Shown here piece by piece: positions 60,040 through 64,000 of a stretch of DNA of 64,000 nucleotides. The notes beneath the pieces are model-generated. The model ran no database searches. It worked only from the letters and a program-made list of their open reading frames with translations, and was not told where the DNA came from. The number at the start of each line of letters is the position of its first letter. Position 1 is the stretch's first letter. The DNA is from Candidatus Bathyarchaeota archaeon. Lineage in GTDB: Archaea; Thermoproteota; Bathyarchaeia; 40CM-2-53-6. The translations under genes and the position numbers were made by a program. The DNA is taken from assembly GCA_963783645.1 (NCBI GenBank), contig CAWAOH010000016.1, positions 11,782 through 75,781 on the forward strand, in the 5' to 3' direction.

Positions 60040-61308
60040 ATGAAAAGAATCCGTGGTCTGATTAGGATGAGTCGAGTCAAAGATCCATCTCTAGCCCCGC
60101 AAGGACAACTTAAGATCGAATGGGCAAGAAATCACATGCCTGTACTTGAAAAGATTCGTTCCCGATTGGAAAAGGAGCAAACCTTCAAAGGTTTGACGAT
60201 TGGCATGTGCATGCATTTAGAAATGAAAACAGCAGTCCTAGGTCAGGTTCTTCAGTCTGGAGGTGCAAGGGTCGCAATAACGGGTAGCAACCCTCTTTCT
60301 ACACAGGATGACGTTGCCGCAGCTCTGGCCATATCCGGCCCGAGTGTGTATGCCTGGAGAGGAGTCACTGAATCCGAGCATCAACAGAACCTATCGAGTG
60401 TCCTTGCTCACGAGCCTGATATCTTGATCGACGATGGAGGTGAACTGTCAATGACCGTGCACACGAGTATGATTGAGCTGAAGAACAAGATTATCGGAGC
60501 ATGCGAAGAGACAACGACTGGTGTTCATCGGTATAGGGCTATGGAAGCTGAGGGTGTACTTGCCTACCCAGTCATGGCCGTCAACGACGCATATACGAAG
60601 TATCTGTTTGATAGTCAACACGGAACTGGCCAATCTGCCCTTGAAGGGATCATGCGGGCGACAAACCTGCTGATCGCAGGCAAGACGATTGTAGTATGTG
60701 GCTTTGGCTGGGTTGGGCGCGGTATCGCGCTTAGAGCAAAGGGATTTGGCGCGAAAGTGGTCGTTACAGAAGTAGATCCGGTTAGAGCTCTCGAGGCAGC
60801 AATGGAAGGCTATCAAGTCATCAGCATGCGTGAGGCTGCAGACATCGGTGACATTTTCATCACTGCCACAGGATGTAAAGACATCATAGTCCCAGAACAC
60901 TACGCCAAAATGAAGGATGGAGCAATTTTAGCGAATTCAGGGCATTATGATGTGGAGATAGATGTAAAATCTCTCCGCAAAATCGCCACATCCGTTAGGG
61001 TCGTGCGTCAAAACGTTGAGGAATTCAGGCTAACTAATGGAAGGCGGCTTTACCTTCTCGCAGAGGGACGACTAGTGAATCTGGCGGCCGCAGATGGTCA
61101 TCCGGCCGAGGTAATGGATATGAGCTTTGCAAATCAAGCTCTAGCCGCTGAATATCTGGTAAAAAACCGAGGAAGACTTGAGCGCAAGGTCTACAGAATC
61201 CCACTAGAAATCGATCGAGAGATTGCATCTCTCTGGCTTGAAACCCACCAGCTGACCATTGATTCGCTTAGCGATGAGCAGCAACGCTACTTGGCTTCAT
61301 GGCGCTAA
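60040..61308 (+). CDS. ahcY: Adenosylhomocysteinase
   Basis: 422 aa. DDGGEL, EETTTGVHR, VCGFGWVGRGIA NAD-binding site. The true start may be MSRVKD (60067). Confidence 0.9.
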   Translation: MKRIRGLIRMSRVKDPSLAPQGQLKIEWARNHMPVLEKIRSRLEKEQTFKGLTIGMCMHLEMKTAVLGQVLQSGGARVAITGSNPLSTQDDVAAALAISGPSVYAWRGVTESEHQQNLSSVLAHEPDILIDDGGELSMTVHTSMIELKNKIIGACEETTTGVHRYRAMEAEGVLAYPVMAVNDAYTKYLFDSQHGTGQSALEGIMRATNLLIAGKTIVVCGFGWVGRGIALRAKGFGAKVVVTEVDPVRALEAAMEGYQVISMREAADIGDIFITATGCKDIIVPEHYAKMKDGAILANSGHYDVEIDVKSLRKIATSVRVVRQNVEEFRLTNGRRLYLLAEGRLVNLAAADGHPAEVMDMSFANQALAAEYLVKNRGRLERKVYRIPLEIDREIASLWLETHQLTIDSLSDEQQRYLASWR

Positions 61309-61991
61309 CCATCTAACCCTAAGGTTAGCTTGGTTTGCTTCGGTGAGTTTCGCCGATACTCGGTGTCCAGTAGCTCTTGTATTCGCTTGGCTCGAGCTTC
61401 GCCGATGCCTCCCTTAACTGCGAGTTCAACCCGTGAAGCAAGGAAGATGCTTCGAACTGACCCAAATGCTCGAAGAAGCTTGTCTGCAAGCTTTGGTCCG
61501 ATTGTTGGAAGAGCCTCTAGCACCATAAGTTGCCAATCTCTTGCTGTGCCCATTCGGGGCTTTCTGACCAAAAGTGGTCTGCCACTTTTCCCACCTGCTG
61601 TTTTTCTTGCTAGTAGAGAGATGACATCTGCCGTTTGCTCTTGGTCCAGTGTGAAGAGAATCTTGAAGTCAAAGTCTAAAGCAAGCGCGAGTAAGGCACC
61701 CCAATATGCCCTCGGGTTTTTCATATCTGCCAAAGAGTCTTGTATATCGCCTTCAACGATCAGCATGAATTTCTGATAGGCGCGCGATATTCTTTCGGCT
61801 TGCTCGAAAAGTCGTCCACTGTATAGAGATGAAATGAAATCGCGTGCTGTTTTCCTCTCGATTACACATTGACCTACGATGTAGTCGCCTACGTCGAGCA
61901 CTTTCCGCTGGACATAAACCCCTTCTCTTTCGAGTTCTTCTGGTATGCCTGACGCAGCCTCCCGCGCGTCGGCAATAATTCTGGAAACCAC
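61305..61991 (-). CDS. xpf: Short-form XPF/ERCC4 nuclease with HhH2 domain
   Basis: VGDYIV...IERKTARDFISS (ERCC4 motif). C-terminal LPTIGPKLADKLLRAFGSV...GIGEARAKRI. Confidence 0.8.
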   Translation of the reverse strand: MVSRIIADAREAASGIPEELEREGVYVQRKVLDVGDYIVGQCVIERKTARDFISSLYSGRLFEQAERISRAYQKFMLIVEGDIQDSLADMKNPRAYWGALLALALDFDFKILFTLDQEQTADVISLLARKTAGGKSGRPLLVRKPRMGTARDWQLMVLEALPTIGPKLADKLLRAFGSVRSIFLASRVELAVKGGIGEARAKRIQELLDTEYRRNSPKQTKLTLGLDG

Positions 61992-62005
61992 GTTCCTATC
62001 ACTGG

Positions 62006-62782
62006 TCAGAAGATCTTTGGTAGCTGTATTGGGATGACTAAGATTGGCAACGGAACGCGGAAGTACACGTAGATGGCTACGGCAAGGCCGAGGATTGTGC
62101 CGATAATCGCGAGGTAATCGGCAAAATGCAACTTAAGGGTGACTATCGCGGTGCGATGGTCCGTGGCACCAAATGCTCGTGATTCCAAAGCCTCAGCAAG
62201 TTCTACACTCCTCCGTATTGCAGAGATGATAAGTGGAATTAGGATCGGTATGTAATTTCTCACTCTTTTCATGAAGTTGCCTTTGTCGAGTTCGAGTCCT
62301 CTGGAGCGTTGAGCATCAACGACAGTTTGTGCATCGACGGCCATCGTTGGAACTAGTCTTACAGCGGTGGTGAAGGTGAATGAGATAGAATAAGGAACAT
62401 GAATCTGTTCTAATGCAAGTCCGAGATCGTCCGCTGAAGTGGTCATGAAGAAGAATGAAAATGCGGACATGATTGTGAAGAAGCGTAGAGTGAATGCAAT
62501 AGAGAGAACCAACGCTGTGCCGAAAATAAAGTTCATAATGAAAATGAAAACGCCAAGGAATAGCCCTCCTCTCATGGATCTAAGCCATTTTCGGCTTGTT
62601 TTCGCCATTAAAATGAGCGGAATCTGAAAAAGAAAGATCGTAATCAGTGCAAAGACGTTCGTGAACATGAGAGCTGTCGTGAAGATTCCGATCGTTAGAA
62701 TAAACTTTGCGCGCGGATCCATCCTGTGAATCGGGCTATCAATTCTCGTGAACTTGAATCCTTCAACGAACCGGAGTGACAA
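62006..62782 (-). CDS. ecfT: ECF transporter transmembrane (T) component (CbiQ family)
   Basis: 258 aa, multi-TM, with the ARSRGLELD-type loop (AQRSRGLELD). Confidence 0.8.
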   Translation of the reverse strand: MSLRFVEGFKFTRIDSPIHRMDPRAKFILTIGIFTTALMFTNVFALITIFLFQIPLILMAKTSRKWLRSMRGGLFLGVFIFIMNFIFGTALVLSIAFTLRFFTIMSAFSFFFMTTSADDLGLALEQIHVPYSISFTFTTAVRLVPTMAVDAQTVVDAQRSRGLELDKGNFMKRVRNYIPILIPLIISAIRRSVELAEALESRAFGATDHRTAIVTLKLHFADYLAIIGTILGLAVAIYVYFRVPLPILVIPIQLPKIF

Positions 62783-62787
62783 TTATT

Positions 62788-63633
62788 TCACCGCCAATGG
62801 CCAGAAGTCTGGACTGCTTCTCGGAGTTTGGGAACAAGAAACTCTCTCGCTGCGTAGGCATCTATTATGTCAAGAGTTTTTCCTGATATTGGTAGTTGAT
62901 GCATTAACTCGGCAATTTGCGGCCTCACCAGGGATGCTTGCGCAAGTAATTCATCGTTTGTTAGGATCTTCGTGGCAGCGTCGTCAGCGATTACCGTTCC
63001 TTTTGAGAGGAGAACTACACGGGGTTTGCATTCAGCCACGAATTCAACATCATGTGTAACAATGACAATGGTTTTGCCCTGCGAAATTAGTTGCACGATG
63101 AAGTTCCTTAGCCGGTCTTTCTGCAGATAGTCTTGTCCTATCGTCGGTTCATCCATAATGATGTGCTTAGGATCCCAGACTAAAATGGCCGCAAGTGCAA
63201 CGCGCTTTCGTTCGCCACCGCTCAAAACAAAGGGAGAAGAGTCAACGTATTTCTCAAGATCCAGCGCCGTCAGTATGTTTGTGACCCTTCGTTTGACGAC
63301 TTCCTCATTGAAGCCGAAATTCCGTAAAGAGAAGCTAAGTTCTTCAGAGACCGTCTCAGCGAACAATTGATGGTCTGGATTCTGAAAGATCAGTCCAACA
63401 TCACGAGAAAGCTGCGCCACTGATTTCTCCCGTGTGTCTGTGCCGTCGATCATTACGCTTCCAACCCGCGGTTTCAACAATCCGTTGAACATTTTGACGA
63501 GTGTCGTCTTGCCCGCTCCATTCTCGCCCATTATCGCAACGAACTCACCGTCCTTAATCTGGAGGTTCACGTTAGTGAGAACATCAGATGAGGCACCGAT
63601 ATACCGGAAACTCGTGTTGTTGACAGAAATCAT
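62788..63633 (-). CDS. ecfA: ECF transporter ATPase component
   Basis: GENGAGKTT, LSGGERKR, IIMDEPT. Confidence 0.85.
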   Translation of the reverse strand: MISVNNTSFRYIGASSDVLTNVNLQIKDGEFVAIMGENGAGKTTLVKMFNGLLKPRVGSVMIDGTDTREKSVAQLSRDVGLIFQNPDHQLFAETVSEELSFSLRNFGFNEEVVKRRVTNILTALDLEKYVDSSPFVLSGGERKRVALAAILVWDPKHIIMDEPTIGQDYLQKDRLRNFIVQLISQGKTIVIVTHDVEFVAECKPRVVLLSKGTVIADDAATKILTNDELLAQASLVRPQIAELMHQLPISGKTLDIIDAYAAREFLVPKLREAVQTSGHWR

Positions 63634-64000
63634 TGATGAAGCACCTTTCTCAACTCACTTGAGGCCTGTTCGACTGTTATGGGATTAGTTGCTATGGGAA
63701 ATCCATCACGCCTCAGTAAATGGAATAGCGTGGTCACTTTAGGTAAACCAATGCCAATTAGACGTGCTTGATCGCCATATACTGCTTGGGGGGATCCGTC
63801 GAGCGCCACTTTTCCCTTATCCATTACAATGACTCGATTTGCGTAACGTGATACTATGTCTAGTCTATGCTCGACCAAGAGCGTCGTCAGTTGTAATTCC
63901 TGGTTCAGTTTGGCTATTACACCTACAATGTCTTCAGCGGACCGTGGGTCGAGGAAGGAAGTGGGTTCATCAAGGACAATTATGCTCGGCTTCATTGCCA
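63630..64000 (-). CDS. ecfA: ECF transporter ATPase component, C-terminal part (continues beyond right edge)
   Basis: IVLDEPTSFLD Walker B and H-loop LVEHRLD. Overlaps the downstream ATPase by 4 nt. Confidence 0.8.
   Translation of the reverse strand, partial: AMKPSIIVLDEPTSFLDPRSAEDIVGVIAKLNQELQLTTLLVEHRLDIVSRYANRVIVMDKGKVALDGSPQAVYGDQARLIGIGLPKVTTLFHLLRRDGFPIATNPITVEQASSELRKVLHQ

Overview
This looks like a chromosomal segment of an archaeon with a TACK-like gene set: a gins23-mcm operon, a short-form XPF, an aEF-2 starting MPRYK, and a surface protein with a PEF-CTERM-like anchor. I saw no rRNA, CRISPR array, transposase or integrase. Gene content, left to right: secreted proteases, a nitrilase-family hydrolase, an F420/LLM oxidoreductase, an ABC importer, DUF47, Amt, a pstSCAB-phoU phosphate locus, a 1497-aa S-layer-like protein, EtfBA, a secreted phosphoesterase, redox and HAD genes, an AsnB-like operon and purB. 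Next comes a replication block (hel308, mcm, gins, rfcS, rfcL, cdc6) with moaB and moaC between rfcL and cdc6, followed by acs, a crotonase, queT, a macro-domain gene, a tRNA-like gene, aEF-2, fen1, ATP-dependent ligase, dph6, an mtaD-like gene, ahcY, xpf and an ECF transporter. Main observations: (1) aEF-2 is interrupted by a 27-nt insert with an in-frame TAG. The insert folds as a bulge-helix-bulge (BHB) motif, and removing it restores the conserved N-terminus exactly, so it is a candidate protein-gene intron. (2) The neighbouring 162-nt tRNA-Gly(CCC)-like gene carries several extra sequence blocks, one with a clean BHB at position 45/46, but it also has pseudogene-like anomalies. (3) There are at least 28 reading-frame interruptions, strongly clustered in pstSCA, rfcL and cdc6. 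They are either assembly indels or real gene decay, and sequence alone cannot decide. (4) A 60-nt repeat pair and a shared promoter-like motif occur at several sites. (5) An array of TTCGAA-centred palindromes sits in a convergent intergenic region. All family assignments come from motif recognition by eye; no database search was run.
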